Part shown: positions 11,963 to 24,575 of the stretch, in pieces | Layout: each line of letters opens with the position of its first letter | How positions within the stretch are numbered: the stretch's first letter is position 1 | Assembly: GCF_018977255.1 (NCBI RefSeq) | Contig: NW_024704742.1 | Span: forward strand, 71,240,001-71,304,000 | Reading direction: 5' to 3' | Origin: Callorhinchus milii | Lineage: Eukaryota | DNA length: 64,000 nucleotides | The notes under the pieces: generated by a model | What the model was told of the DNA's origin: nothing | Database searches by the model: none | The model's input: only the letters and a program-made list of their open reading frames with translations | Translations under genes and position numbers: made by a program

Positions 11963-12852
11963 TGCTCCAGGACTCCAGGACCACTGCTGTCCTGACAGAA
12001 TGTCTGTCAGACATCAAATCCTGGATGAGAGCTAATTTTCTTTAGTTGAACGTTAACAAGACTGAGGCTCTCCTACTTGGCTCCCGTCAGTGCCTCCACA
12101 CCTCAGACACTGGCAGCATCACCATCCAAGGATGTACACTCCACCTTATTAAGTCAGCATGGAACCTTGGCATCTTGTTTGACCTTCAGCTATCCTTTCT
12201 ACTCCACATCCATGCCATGACCCACTCTGCTTTCCTCCACCTCCGCAACATTGCCCAGCTCTGCCACTGTCTCCCATCACAGGCAGCCAAAATCCTCATA
12301 CATGCATTCATAACATCCAGGCTTGACTATGCGAGCTCCTTGCTTGTTGGCCTCCCCAACTCCTCCCTCCATAGGCTGCAGATCATCCAGAACTCTGCAG
12401 CCCATGTCGTCTTCCATACTAGGCTCCATGACCGTATCACCCCAATTCTCGCCCGACTCCACTAGCTTCCCATCACACAGAGGATACTGTTCAAGATCCT
12501 GATCCTCACCTTCAAAGCTCTCCATCGCTTTACTCCCCCCTCCCACTGCGACCTCCTAAACCCCTATCAATCTGCCCGCTCCCTCCACTCAGCAGGCTCT
12601 GGTCTGCTTCAAGTCCCCCACCTTGCCTGTCCCACCATTGGGGGGTGGGCCAGCCACTTTGCCCCCACCATCTGAAAGTCCATCCCACAGTCCCTCCATC
12701 TCGTCCCCTTCCTTACCTCCTTCAAGACTCTTCTCAAGACCTTCCTCTTCGACCCTGCCCCCAGCTCGGGTCCGAAACACTGACTGTCCAGCGCCTTGGG
12801 ACGTTCTCCCAACATGAAAGACGCTATACAAATGTAATTTTTTTGTTGTTGT
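11963..12852 (+). mobile_element. L2-clade LINE 3' fragment inserted into a SINE (11716-12935)
   Basis: NVNKTEALL...SRLDYASSLLVGLP...ITPILARLH; SINE sequence resumes after the tail. Confidence 0.9.
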
Positions 12853-12935
12853 TTTGCTCATAAAATACAGTCAATTTACAGTATAATGTATGAAGTGCTT
12901 TTGAGATGTCTCAACAACATGATAAGGATATATAT

Positions 12936-13232
12936 AATAATAACAATAATCCTTGCATTTGATATAGCGGTTTTCACGTCTTCTAGACGTCTCAAAGCGG
13001 TTCACAGAATAGACTGTAAAGTGAATTGACTGTATATTTGTGGGCGAAATGCGGCAACCAATTGCACACAGCAGTGTCCCACAAACGTCTTGCGTTGAAA
13101 TGACCAATTTATTATTGGGTTTTTTCTTGAGGGATTATTATCAGGCGTGTGGAGTAAGGAAACTTGCCCAAGGTTTCACCCTGCCTGTAATCGAACCCAG
13201 GTCTCTCGCTTGCAAAGCAAGTGCTCTAACCA
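12936..13232 (-). mobile_element. tRNA-Ala SINE, internally deleted subfamily
   Basis: CCACACGCCT joined directly to GATAATAATCCCTC. Confidence 0.8.
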
Positions 13233-13550
13233 TTTATCAAATGCAAGGATTATTATTATTATTAATATGTCTCACTCCCACCAAAAAACCTGTATAGTCT
13301 CTCTCAGTGAGATTACAGTGGGGTGTTACTCTTCACCCTTTGTCAATGCCATTGACAACAGGGCTGCCTGTAACTGGAAAAGAGAAGTGCCCGATATTTT
13401 TAGAACATGAAATGTCAATGGATGTTTGGCTGTGAAGTTCCACAGCTTGTTTTTGCATCCCCAAAGGAAACATACAGCAGGTGGCAAATCGAATGTTTAG
13501 TTATTGGGTTGAATTCTAAGGTGTTAGCAAGTTTTATCTTCTTCTATCTA

Positions 13551-13944
13551 TCTTCTATATATATACAAATAAAGCAACAATGTCTGTTTCACTTCAAGAA
13601 AGATACTTGATACCGCATCGGCAAGGTATTGCATCTGAGAATGACATGGGCGTATTTGTTTTCGGGTATCTCCTATAGTTTATGAGTTATTTTGAGTTTT
13701 GCGATTTTCACTGCAGTTATACCTGGTGGCTGCCAAGTCAAAGTGATGCTGTGACATTGTGCATCACAGAGCACCTACGTATGTACGCACACACTGTCCT
13801 CCCACTGAGTCCTCCTAAAAGGACTCCTCCCACAGGAGTCTTCAAAGACGAGTATAGATAAAGATGAAATGCCTGTCTGTGTGTCAATCTACGTTCCATA
13901 TTAGATCCTTCGGTTGCAAGCGAAGCTGCAACGAGTGCAGCTAG
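13551..13944 (+). mobile_element. Non-autonomous Helitron-like element with both ends
   Basis: A|TC 5' end, GTTGCAAGC-GAA-GCTGCAAC hairpin at 13913-13932, CTAG|T 3' end. Confidence 0.7.
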
Positions 13945-14925
13945 TTTATTTATGTAACTTAACCAGGCATTATAGTTATAGTCACTTCTAGCAGAAAAAT
14001 GAATTGAAAAACCTAAAACGGGGGATAGATATCACAGACTCGGATATTGAAATAATAAAATTAATGAATAATATCATTTAATATCTTTCAATCAGGTGGA
14101 CATCTCCAAGCCTTTCAGAGGGTTCACTGTAAAGAGTAGTGACTGTGTATTTTGTAGGTGAACATGGCAGCCAATTTGCAACATCATTTATAGAATCAGA
14201 ATTATACAGCACAGAAGGAGGCCATTCGGCCCATCGTGTCTGTGCCGATTCTTTGAAAAGACCTATCATTCCCATTCCTCGTTCTCTCCCATAGCCCTGC
14301 AAACTTGTCCTCCTCAAATAATTATCTACTTTTCTCTTAAATGTTATTGAATCGGCTTCCATCACCCTTTCAGGGTTGATTACCCAGCCTTATGAGTTAA
14401 AGCAAAAATAAACTTTCATTGCAGGCATGCAATAATAAACCTTGCAATTGATATAGGACCTTATCACGTCGATGGGATGTCTCTCATAAAATAAAATGGA
14501 TTGATTGTGTATTTTGAGGGCGTAACAGATGGAAACTGGCAATTCGGCATGTGTTTATACTCCGTATGAATCTTCATCCATTCCTTACTTCCTCTTTAAC
14601 AATCTCTCTCTGTTTCTATTTCATAGAACATAACTCATAGGAATAGGAGTAGGCTATTCAGCCCCTCTGGCCTGTTCAGCCATTCTGTTAAATCACGGTG
14701 GATCTGTTCCTTAACTCCAATTCTCTCTTAAATTAAATTCTCTCTTTCTCATTCTCTCTTTTTTTCTCTTGTTTCCTCCCTAGAGGGACACACCCTGCTG
14801 ACTTAATTCCAGAGAGTATTAGGCATAGGTTGGAGAGTGTGTTCTTCACCCCACTCTTTATTCTCACGTCCTCTTGCTCAGTGTCAGGGTTGAACAGTTC
14901 AACTTGTTTTGTTGTTTAATGAAAG

Positions 14926-14979
14926 GTTCGACAGCCTGGTAGAGGAGCTGAAACAGTTGAAACAGAAGATTTATGAACT
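14926..14979 (+). CDS. CCDC166: CCDC166-like coding exon 2
   Basis: (Q)FDSLVEELKQLKQKIYE(L); AG acceptor; GTATCCTT donor. Confidence 0.85.
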
Positions 14980-15143
14980 GTATCCTTTAACACAGTCACC
15001 ATGTCACACAGTCTCACTGTCCCACAGTCTCACTGTCACACAATCACACAGTTTCACTGTCACACAGTCTCACTGTCACACAGACTTGTCACACAGTGTC
15101 TCCATCATACAGTCTGGCTGTTTTCCTCAGTGTGTGTTTACAG
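14980..15143 (+). other. Probable U12-type (minor spliceosome) GT-AG intron filled with a ~16-bp CACACAGTCTCACTGT repeat
   Basis: 5' splice site GTATCCTTT; branch-like TTCCTCAG at 15123-15130, 13 nt before the intron end. Confidence 0.75.
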
Positions 15144-15198
15144 TCGGCGAGAGAATGAGTTCCTGGAGAAGGAGGCACACCAGACCCGGTTAGAGAGT
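15144..15198 (+). CDS. CCDC166: CCDC166-like coding exon 3
   Basis: RRENEFLEKEAHQTRLES; donor GTATGT. Confidence 0.85.
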
Positions 15199-17212
15199 GT
15201 ATGTGTCAGATTCTATCCACGGTTGGGGTGAGGGGTGGTGGGGGGGAGGGGCGAGGGCATCTGTGCCCTACAGGGAGTGAGGTCTACACTCACACACAGC
15301 CTCAGGTCCAACCTACCCGCCCCCTCCCCACCCTGCCAACCCCTGCGCTGCCCCGCCACACAGCACACAAGACCACAAGCCCTCTCCTTGTCCTGGTATG
15401 AAAGCAAGTTGTTGTATCTTAATGTCATTTTGGAGTCCCTCTGACTTCCTCCTTCCTCGTTCAAGGCTGTCTCAAGACCTACCTCTTTGACTGCTCTTTT
15501 GTGCACGGAATGTAAGAATCGAGCCAGCCCTATGTGATGGTCTCTAGTCCAGTTCCTGAGCCAGGTGGGTCCTCAGTATTCCAGGGCACTGCTGATAACA
15601 TACAGCCCAGCCTGGCTCATCGGAGGACTTGCTAGGACAGACCAGTCACTGGGGGCAGAGAATCCTCCCACTCAGCTCCTGTTAACCATGCAAACTAAAG
15701 CCCTAATGGGTAGAGTGGTCCTAGCTGGACAAGTATTCGAAAAGCTTGCCAGCGCAGTGATCTCAATGGCAAGCTTTGAGGTTTTAGCTGGTTAGATTCC
15801 AATGCACATTCTGGGGTTCCCAAGCCTTGGCTCCTGCCAACCTGCACCTAATACTTTCCAGAATTAGGTAAGCCATCTGGATGTGTCCCTTCAGGGAGAG
15901 AGCGCACATTCCATTCTAACAATCTATCTCTGGGATTTCCCTGTGTAGGTGGGATACAAGGAATTCTCAGTTTGGTTTGGTTACTCTTTAAGCATGGTGA
16001 TGGGTTTCCATATGTGTCAAACACCTGGCTGTCCAAAAAACAAATATTGTGTTATTGTTGGTGTGTTTTTTGTTGTTATTGGTGTGTTGTTGGCGTTGTG
16101 TTATTTTTGGGTTATTGTTGGATCTTGTTGAGGAATTCGTTTCCATCCATTGGAGTCTTCTCCTCCCATAGCTCCCTGATGGCCTCTCGTGGCAACAGTC
16201 AGTACTGTGGTTCTGTGACTTGAGGCTAGCTTGTGAAGTGATTGGTTTGAGGTGAAGAAGGCCTACCAGCCCATTTGATCTCATCCTTCCAGTTCTCCAG
16301 CATCCTGGCTTTACCCACCCTTTCTAGTAACCCAATTCCATTTGATGATTAACTTGATCTGGAGTCCTGTAGCTTAGTATTAGAGCACTCGCCTCGCAAG
16401 GGAGAGAACCAGGGTTTGATTCCTGTGCATGGTGAAACATTAGGCAAGATCCCTTACTCCATACACCTCTGTTTACCTAGCAGTAAATAGGAACCCAGTG
16501 GTTAGTCGATTGGTGGATCGCTTATCCGGGGGTAATAATTCCTGAAAAAAATAAATAATTTGGTCACTCAATCCACAACTGTTTGTGGGCGCCATAATCA
16601 AATGCAAGGATTATTATTATTTATATTATTAACCTCTGAGTAAAGAAAAACTTCCTAGCATTTCTCACCTCTGTGTCATTGGAGCTTGAACTAATACATT
16701 GGGACTTGAACTAATAAGAGTCTAGGCTGACATCCAGTGTATTTCTGGGGGGTGTTGCATTGTCGGAGGTCCCATCCTTGAGACAAGATGTTAAACCAAG
16801 GTTCCATCTGTGCCTGTTCAGGCAGACGTTAAAGATCCCGCGCCATTATTCAAAAAGAGAAGGGTGTTTCTCTCAGTTTCCTAAGTGACAGTGAGTGCGC
16901 GTCTCAGCGTATGTGTGTGAGCATGTGTGAACGTGTATGTACCTCTGTTTGTGTACCTTTGTGTGTGTGTACCTGTGCCCTCGGATTGGGAATCTGGTTA
17001 CAGACCTGTGCTTGTTCCAGCTCAAGACCTTTCTCTTCAACCTCACCTTCAGGCATTTTCCCACCACCTTGCGCTCCACCCCTCTTGACTCCAACCCCAG
17101 CTCAGGTGTAAACCCTTGACTGTCCAGCACCCTGGGTTGTCCCTGATGTGGAAGGCACTATATATAACTGCAATTTGTTGTTGTTACCTGTTTGAATCTG
17201 TCCCTGAATTAG

Positions 17213-17357
17213 CAAGAGTACACGTCCTACATGAGCAAGAGGGCACAGAAGAGGCAGAATCAGATCATCAGCCTGACTGATCAGAACCACTTAGAGCTGG
17301 AAAACATCAAGAAGCAGAAGGAGAAAATCTTGGCCGAGTACGAGGAGAAGCTCCAAG
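17213..17357 (+). CDS. CCDC166: CCDC166-like coding exon 4
   Basis: QEYTSYMSKRAQKRQNQIISLTDQNHLELENIKKQKEKILAEYEEKLQ; donor GTGAGT. Confidence 0.9.
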
Positions 17358-19203
17358 GTGAGTGAGATCCTGTAGTGTTTACTATGTTCACCTCACAAGT
17401 GAGAGGACCCGGGCAGGGCAAAACCTTGGGCAAGTTTCCTTACTCCACATGTCTGTTTACCCAGCAGTAAGTCGAAACCCAGTTGTTAGGCAATTGGCAG
17501 ATCACACTCTGGGGGGAATAATCCCTCAAGAAAATTCTCTCAATCCACAGCTGTTTGTCAGATACTGCTGTGTGCAATTAAAATGCTGAGTTTCACTCAC
17601 AAAATACACAGTCAATTCACTTTATAATATTTTCTGTGAAGTGCTTTGAGACATCTCAATGCCAAGATAAGGCACAATAACAAATGCAAGGATTATAATT
17701 ATTATTAATATTATCCTCAATTTATAGCAGTCTCAGCATGGAGAGAAGACAGAAATAACTTGCATCTTATACACGAAAACATCTCACCTGACTTCACGGT
17801 AATTAATACAGCAACTGGCATTTCACATTGGGTTAGACTCTGCGCCAGGGCAGGTCTGAGCCGGAGAAAGGGAGAGGGGAAGATGGGTTTTTGAGCAGTA
17901 TTTAAAGACTGCTAGAGAGGTGGCAAGGCGGAGGGATGGGGGGAGAGAGTTCCAGAGGTTAGAAGCGTAGGAACTGAAGGCTCAGCCACTGATGCGAACA
18001 GCCTGAGTTAGCAGAGCGGAGAAAGACAAGCGGCGGGGTGGAGTAGGAGGAGGCTAGGGACATAGGGAGGTGCCAGGGAATGGCTAAGCTTGTACAAATA
18101 CTATAATGTCGGAAGGATGACTCAAAGCGCTCCACAGTAAATACTGTAAAGTGTGTCATTTGAGGGTGAACTTGTCAGACATTTTGCACACAGCAATGTC
18201 CCCACAAACAGCCAGATGTAGTGACTGTAGGTGGCAAGTCCCACAAACAGCAGTGGAATAAATGACCATTGTTTTCTGGGGAATTATTGGTCAGGACACC
18301 AGGAGAGAGAGTCTCCTCTTTTCCAACAGCATCTTTAAAGCCCGGAGCTTGGTTCATCTGAAGGGCATCTCTGGCAATGTTCCCCCAAACCCCACCCCCC
18401 TGCTGCCCAACATTGTGTTGAATCGTCAGCCTGGACTGTGAACTCCCAAGTCCCCAACGTGAACTTGTGATCTTCTGACCTAGAGGCAAGAGGATTACTA
18501 AATCAGGCAGGCTTGGATTTGCTATGTCCTGATTAGGTCACAGAATAATGTTCCCAGTATTAATACTAATAATAATACTTGCATTTGATATAGCGCCTTA
18601 TCATGTCTTTGAGACGTCTCAAAGCTTCACAGATGTACTGTAAAGTGAATTTACTATATATTTTGTGAACAAAACACATTGTCACCTGTGCCCAATATTG
18701 GGATGGTGCTTGGGGTGGAGGGTTTGGGGCTGGCATTGGGTGCTGGAGTTTATGTTGGGGTGAGGGGCGGTTGGTTTGGTTTTGGGGGTGTTGGGTGGGA
18801 TTTGGTGGATAATAATCCTTGCCCCTGATAAAGCGTCTTAACATGTAATTGAGATGTCTCAAAGTGGATTGACTGTGTGTTTTGTGGGTGAAATGTGGCA
18901 GACAGTTTGCGCACAGCAGTGTCCCACAAACAGCTATGGAGTATGTGACCAACTTTTTATTTGGGGGATTGTTGGCCAGGACACTGGGAGAGAGAAACTG
19001 CCTTCTCTTTTCGAATAGTGCAAGAACAGTTAGACTGGACCTCGGTTTAACATCTCATCGGAAGGACAGATGGGGTTGGGGATTGGTGAAGTGGGAGGGG
19101 CTTGGGGAAAGAGTGGGTGAGTACAGAGCAGGCAGAATCCAGCTGGCATTCCTGTGGGTCTGAAATTCCTGTGTTTTTTTTCTTTTGACCTTTTCTGACC
19201 CAG

Positions 19204-19283
19204 AGCTGGGGTTAGTGAAGTTGGAGAAGGAAAACGAGTTGGCTCAGATCAACAAACAGATTGACAGCCTGGGGGAATTTAAG
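19204..19283 (+). CDS. CCDC166: CCDC166-like coding exon 5
   Basis: (E)LGLVKLEKENELAQINKQIDSLGEFK; strong pyrimidine tract; donor GTGAGT. Confidence 0.9.
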
Positions 19284-19367
19284 GTGAGTATAACCTCCCA
19301 ACACTGGCAGTGAAGGAGATCGGGCCAAGTCTTAGAGGGCCAGGAAGAATTGGCTTGAATCCCTTTA

Positions 19368-19960
19368 CATAGGAACATAGGAACAGGAGAAGTCCATTCA
19401 GCCCTTCAAGCTTGTTCCACTATTCAGTTAGATCATGGCTGATCTGTACCTCATCTAATCCTGTTAATTCCAATTTCCCACTTTTTCCCCATAATCCCTT
19501 AATACCCTGACCTACCAAGAATCAACCTCACTCTTGAAGGCGTGGATGGATCCAGCATCCACAACCTTTTTGGGGAGAGAATTCCAGATTTCTAACTGAA
19601 CGCAGTCTCCAGATGGGGTCTGACTAATGCTCTGTACAGCTGAAGGATCATTTCTTCCCCTTTGTATTCCAGGCCGTTTGAGATAAAGGCCAATATTCCA
19701 TTCACCTTTTTTGATTACTTTTTGCAGCTGGAAACTAGTTTTTAGTGATTTGTGGATTATGGACACCCAAATCTGTTTGCTCCTCCACAGTTCTTAGTTT
19801 CTCCCCGTCAAGAAAATATTTTGCTATATTTTTTTTTGATCCATAGTGGATGACCCCACACTTCCCTCGCACTTCCATCTTCCACAGCTTTGCCGACTCA
19901 CTTAATCTGTCTAAGTCCCTTTGTAACTTCCTACTCCCATCTATACAACTTACTAAGCCC
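19368..19960 (-). mobile_element. CR1-clade LINE fragments
   Basis: CR1 3' tail and EIWNSLPKKVVDAGS motif on the minus strand. Confidence 0.8.
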
Positions 19961-20979
19961 CTAACTTAGTGTTGTCTTGGATATAAAACTTTCTACGTTC
20001 TGCCACTCAGCTAACTCGGGACTTGCTGGGTGTGCCCCTGCCTTCTCCGCGCCACCATCAGTAACCGAATTTTCAACAACAACAAATGACATGTGTATAG
20101 TGCCTTTCATGTCAGGAGACATCCTAAGGCCCTGGGCAGTCAGGGATTTGGACCTGAGCTGGGGGTTGGATTTAGGAGGCATGGAGGGCAGGAGGAGTGC
20201 TACAAGGCCAGTGGAGCTGGGGAAGGGTGGGTGCGATAGGGTCACAGAGCCAGGTGCGGGAGAGGGCACTCACTTTCAGCCACTAAGTCCCTTAACCTCT
20301 GGAACTCTCTCCCTCTGACTCCCCCTCTATCTGTCTCTGAATCCACCTTAACATCCTACCTCTTCAACACGCCTGTGGTCACTTTCTATATGTTGTGCAT
20401 GTTCCTGGATGATGCCAGCATGCTCCTATATTGTACATGCTCCTGTATTGATGTATGTTCCAGCATGCTGTACGATTCTGTTGGCCGTGCATGTTCCTGC
20501 ATAGTGTCCGTATTCCTATATGGTGTAAACATGTTTCTGTACAGTGTAAGTGTGTTAGACTTCAAGGTCCTCACACTCGTCTACAAATCCCGTCAGGCCC
20601 TGGCACCTCCCTACCTCTCGACCTGCTTTCTCCCCACTCCACTACCAGCTGCCTCTGCTTGGCTGGCTCCAGCCTCCTGCATATCCCTCATGCCTTCCGC
20701 TCCACCTTTGGCGAAGTGCTTTCACCCACTATGCCCTGAAGCTGAACTGTCTCCCTCAATCCCTCCACCTTGCCCCCTCCTTTCCCATATTCAAATCAAG
20801 ACTAAAGACCTTCCTCTTTGACCATGCATATGGTCAACTCCCACAGTTTGGTGTCAGGCTCCGACGCTGTTAAGCACCTCTACAGTGAGGGGCGCTGTGT
20901 AAATGCAAGTTGTTGTTGTGTAAGCGTGTTGCTGGGCGGAGTAAGCGTGTTCCTGTGTTTGCCGTTGTTCTCACTGCAG

Positions 20980-21156
20980 GAGCTGAGGGAGAATCAACTG
21001 TCCAGGATCAGTGAACTGCAGAAGGAGGTGATGGAGGCGCGGGCAGAACACGCAGAAAATCTCCACAAAATCAAAGTGAATTTCCTGCAGGAGAAAGCCG
21101 ATTACAAACAGAATGCCATGAAGATGGTTAAAGCCCTGGAGAAGGAAGCAAACCGG
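20980..21156 (+). CDS. CCDC166: CCDC166-like coding exon 6
   Basis: ELRENQLSRISELQKEVMEARAEHAENLHKIKVNFLQEKADYKQNAMKMVKALEKEANR. Confidence 0.9.
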
Positions 21157-21297
21157 GTGAGGCAAATCACCCCCAGTCACAGCCTGTCAGAGTTTTGCAC
21201 TGTCAGGTGTTGTCCTTCAAACAACTGTAAAAGTTGCTTAAATATTATCTTTATAGATTGTATAATCGCCACCACTCAGTTTAACCACTACACTAAT

Positions 21298-21662
21298 GGA
21301 AGTCCTGTAGTGTAGTGGTTAGAGCACTCACCGCCCAAGTGAGAGGACATGGGTTTGATTCCCTGGCGTGGCGAAACCTTAGGCAAATTTCCTTACTCCA
21401 CACACTCTGTTTACCCAGCAGTCAGTAAGAATCTGGTTGTTAATCAATAAGCAGATCACTTTCCGGGGTAATAATCCCACCAAAAAAAAATGCGGTCACT
21501 CAATCCACGACAGTTTGTGGGACGCTGATGTGCACAATTGGCTGCTGCGTTTCGCCCAAAAATACAATTAATTCGCTTTACAGTATATTCTCTAAAGCGC
21601 TTTGAGAAGTCTCAAGGATATGATAGGGCGCTATATCAAATGCAAGGATTATTATTTATTTC
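21298..21662 (+). mobile_element. tRNA-Ala-derived SINE, full length
   Basis: Head, central CTCTGTTTACCCAGCAGT domain, (ATT)n tail. Confidence 0.85.
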
Positions 21663-21711
21663 TATTAATATTATGTAACATTTTATTTTCTTCCCTCCGT
21701 CGGTCCCGAAG

Positions 21712-21951
21712 GAGGCCGTCTGCTGCCTGATCAAACACATCGAGTTCATCAAGAGCGAGAACCAGCAGCTTCGGCAGGAGTTGCTGTGCCAGATCCGGCG
21801 TTCCGGTGTTCTGCGGGCTCGCCGCCTGGAGCTGGAGGAACAGCACCAGCAGCTGCTGCGGGAGAAGCAGTACAGCACCAAGCTCAAGAGGCTGCGGTGC
21901 AGTCGCCTCAAGATGCCCCCACCCCCAGAGCCCACTGTGCCCTCCTCATGA
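21712..21951 (+). CDS. CCDC166: CCDC166-like last coding exon (total CDS 870 nt, 289 aa)
   Basis: EAVCCLIKHIEFIKSENQQLRQELLCQIRRSGVLRARRLELEEQHQQLLREKQYSTKLKRLRCSRLKMPPPPEPTVPSS*. Confidence 0.9.
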   Translation, partial: EAVCCLIKHIEFIKSENQQLRQELLCQIRRSGVLRARRLELEEQHQQLLREKQYSTKLKRLRCSRLKMPPPPEPTVPSS

Positions 21952-22139
21952 TCCCCACCGTGCCCTCCCTCATGATCCCCATCGTGCGCTCCCTCATGAT
22001 CCCCACCGTGCCCTCCCTCCTCATGATCCCCACCGTGCCCTCCCTCCTCATGATCCCCACCGTGCCCTCCCTCCTCATGATCCCCACCGTGCCCTCCCTC
22101 CTCATGATCCCCACCGTGCACTCCATCCTCATGATCCTT
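21931..22139 (+). repeat. 24-27-bp minisatellite CCCACCGTGCCCTCC(CTC)CTCATGATC
   Basis: About 8 tandem units. Confidence 0.95.
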
Positions 22140-22176
22140 ACCGTGAAGCGGCACATCATCGATATCTCTCACCACC

Positions 22177-22290
22177 TCCCCAAACCTCTCTCCGTCTCCC
22201 CAAACCTCTCACCCTCTCCCCAAACCTCTCGCCCTCTCCCCAAACCTCTCGCCCTCTCCCCAAACCTCTCATCATCCACCAAAACCTCTC
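22177..22290 (+). repeat. 20-bp minisatellite CCCCAAACCTCTCGCCCTCT
   Basis: About 5-6 units. Confidence 0.9.
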
Positions 22291-22845
22291 ATCACCTCAG
22301 CTATGAGTTTTTCCTGACAAATATTAAAATTGATGAGCACTTTGTTTGGCAGCTGCTGTTTTTTTTATCCTTACATTTGTTTCAGTGCCTCTCACGTCAG
22401 AAGGATGTCCTAAACTGCTTTACAGGATTCATTGTAAAATACACAGTCCTATGAAGTAATGGTTAGAACACTCGCCTTGTAAAGTGAGAGGATCCAGATT
22501 TAATTCGCAGGCAGAGTATCCTTATTCCACACGCCTCTGTTTACCTAGTAGTAAGTAGGGTGTTAGTTAATTGGCAGATCAATTTCCGGCAGTAATAATC
22601 CCTTAAAAAAAATAATTTAGCCACTCAATGCACGACGATTTGTGGGACACTGCTGTGCGCAATTGGCTGCCGTGTTTCACCCACAAATTATCAAGTCGAT
22701 TTGTTTTATTCTGTGAAGCGCTTTGAGAGGTCTCAACGACGTGATAAGGCGTTATATCAAATGCAAGGATTATCATTATACCCATCATTAAAAAGAATCT
22801 TAATTCATGATTGTTTCCCGAGCACCACCCCCCACCCCATTTTAC

Positions 22846-22851
22846 AATAAA
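22846..22851 (+). terminator. Candidate polyadenylation signal of the CCDC166-like gene (alternative ATTAAA at 22323)
   Basis: AATAAA followed by GT-rich sequence. Confidence 0.4.
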
Positions 22852-23767
22852 GTGACTTGTGTCTGGTCCCTATTTACCCAGCTGTTGGCTCAGTCTGATC
22901 AGCTGTGCAGCAGGTCAGGGTTTTAAAGTTGGTGTTGCTGCAATCCTCGATTAACACCACTAGAGAGCAGACACGCAAAGCACATCTCAATGACCCCTTC
23001 CGTGCAGTGAGCTGTTAATTTGCATATAGCCTTACCCAGCAAAGGGTCATGAAGTGAACGACCGATGTTATCTGGGGGATTGTTGGACAGAACACCAGCA
23101 GAGAGAAACTGCCATGTCTTTAACCAATATTAATAATAATAATAATTCTTGCATGGATTAAGCGATCAAATTTTTTTTGAGGAACTATTACCCCGGAAAG
23201 TGATCCACCAATCGACTAACTGGGTTCCTATTTACTGCTATGAAAACAAGACATGTAGTGTAAGGAAATATGCCTAAGGCTTTGCCCTGCCTGTGAATCA
23301 AACCTGGGTCCTCTCGCTTGCGAGACGAGAGGGCTAACCACTATACAGGACTCCAATAATCTTTAACGTCCATTTGAACAGGCACATATGGGACCTTGGT
23401 TTAACATCCCATCAAAGGATCTGATATTGCAGCACTCCCCAACACTGTGCTAAGACACTGAATAGAGCACGGTCTGATAAGTATCCTGCTACTTGTCCAG
23501 CTAGGACCACTTTAACTCTTTGGGCTTTGGCTTGCCTCAGGTCACCTATGTAACATAGAATTAAAAAGCTTTACAAACAATTTTATGTTTTAATTCTCAA
23601 TATTGCAAAAAGCAGTCTTACACAATGAGTCACTTAGTAAAAAAAATCTTAGTTGCAGACCTACGGCGGCAGGAGTGAGGAGGGAAAAACCGAGATGAGG
23701 AAACATTTCTTCACCCAGGTTTGTGGGAGTGGGGAACGCACTGCCCCAGCCAGTTTTAGAGGCAGAA

Positions 23768-24575
23768 TCAACAACAAAATGATGTTTGTATAGCGCCTTT
23801 CAATCAGGAGGACGTCCCAAGGCACTGGACAGTCAGTGTTTTGGACTCAAGCTGGGAGTCGGGATTCAGGAGGATGGAGGGCAGGGGGAAGGAGGGTAAC
23901 CGAAGGCACGGTCAAAGAGGAGGGTCTTGAGACGTGTCTTCAAGGAGGCAAGGGAGGGGGCGATGCAGAGGGACTGCAGGATGAACTTCCAAGGGTGGGG
24001 GCAGAGTGGTAGAAGACCCGCCCGCCAATGAGGGGGAAGGCGAGGCGGGGGATGTGAAGCAGGCCGGAGCCTACTGAGTGGAGGGAGTGGGCAGGATGGT
24101 AGTGGGGGTTAGGAGGTTACAGAGGCGGGGGGGGGGGGGGGGGGAGCAAGACCATGGAGGGCTTTGAAGGTTAGGACCAGGATCTTGAACTGTATCCTCT
24201 GTGTGATGGGAAGCCAATGGAGTCAGGCGAGGATGGGAATGATAAGGTCACGGAGCCTGATGCGAGAGAGGAAGGAAGTTGACCCCGAGTCTGCGGATGA
24301 TCTCACCAAGAGGGAACATAGATATTGAAGAGGACAGGACCAAGGGCAGAGCCCTGAGGAATTCCACACGAGATGGTGCAGGGGCTAGAGGAGAAACCAT
24401 CTGTGGAGATGAAGTGGAGACAGTGTGAGAGGTACGATCTGAACCATTCAAGGACAGAACTATGAAGGTTGAGGTGAGAGGAGAGGAGGTGGAAGAGGAT
24501 AGAGTGGTTAAAGGTGTCAAAGGCAGCAGATAGGTCAAGGAGGACGAGGAGGCAGAGGGGTCCTGGTCAATCAGT
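23768..24575 (-). mobile_element. L2-clade LINE fragments
   Basis: L2 tail plus antisense RT core (GIPQGSAL). Confidence 0.85.

Noticed and set aside
21636..22454. ORFs of 166-222 aa with HDPHRAL/GGDHEE repeats
   Set aside because: Alternative frames of the CCDC166-like last exon plus minisatellites
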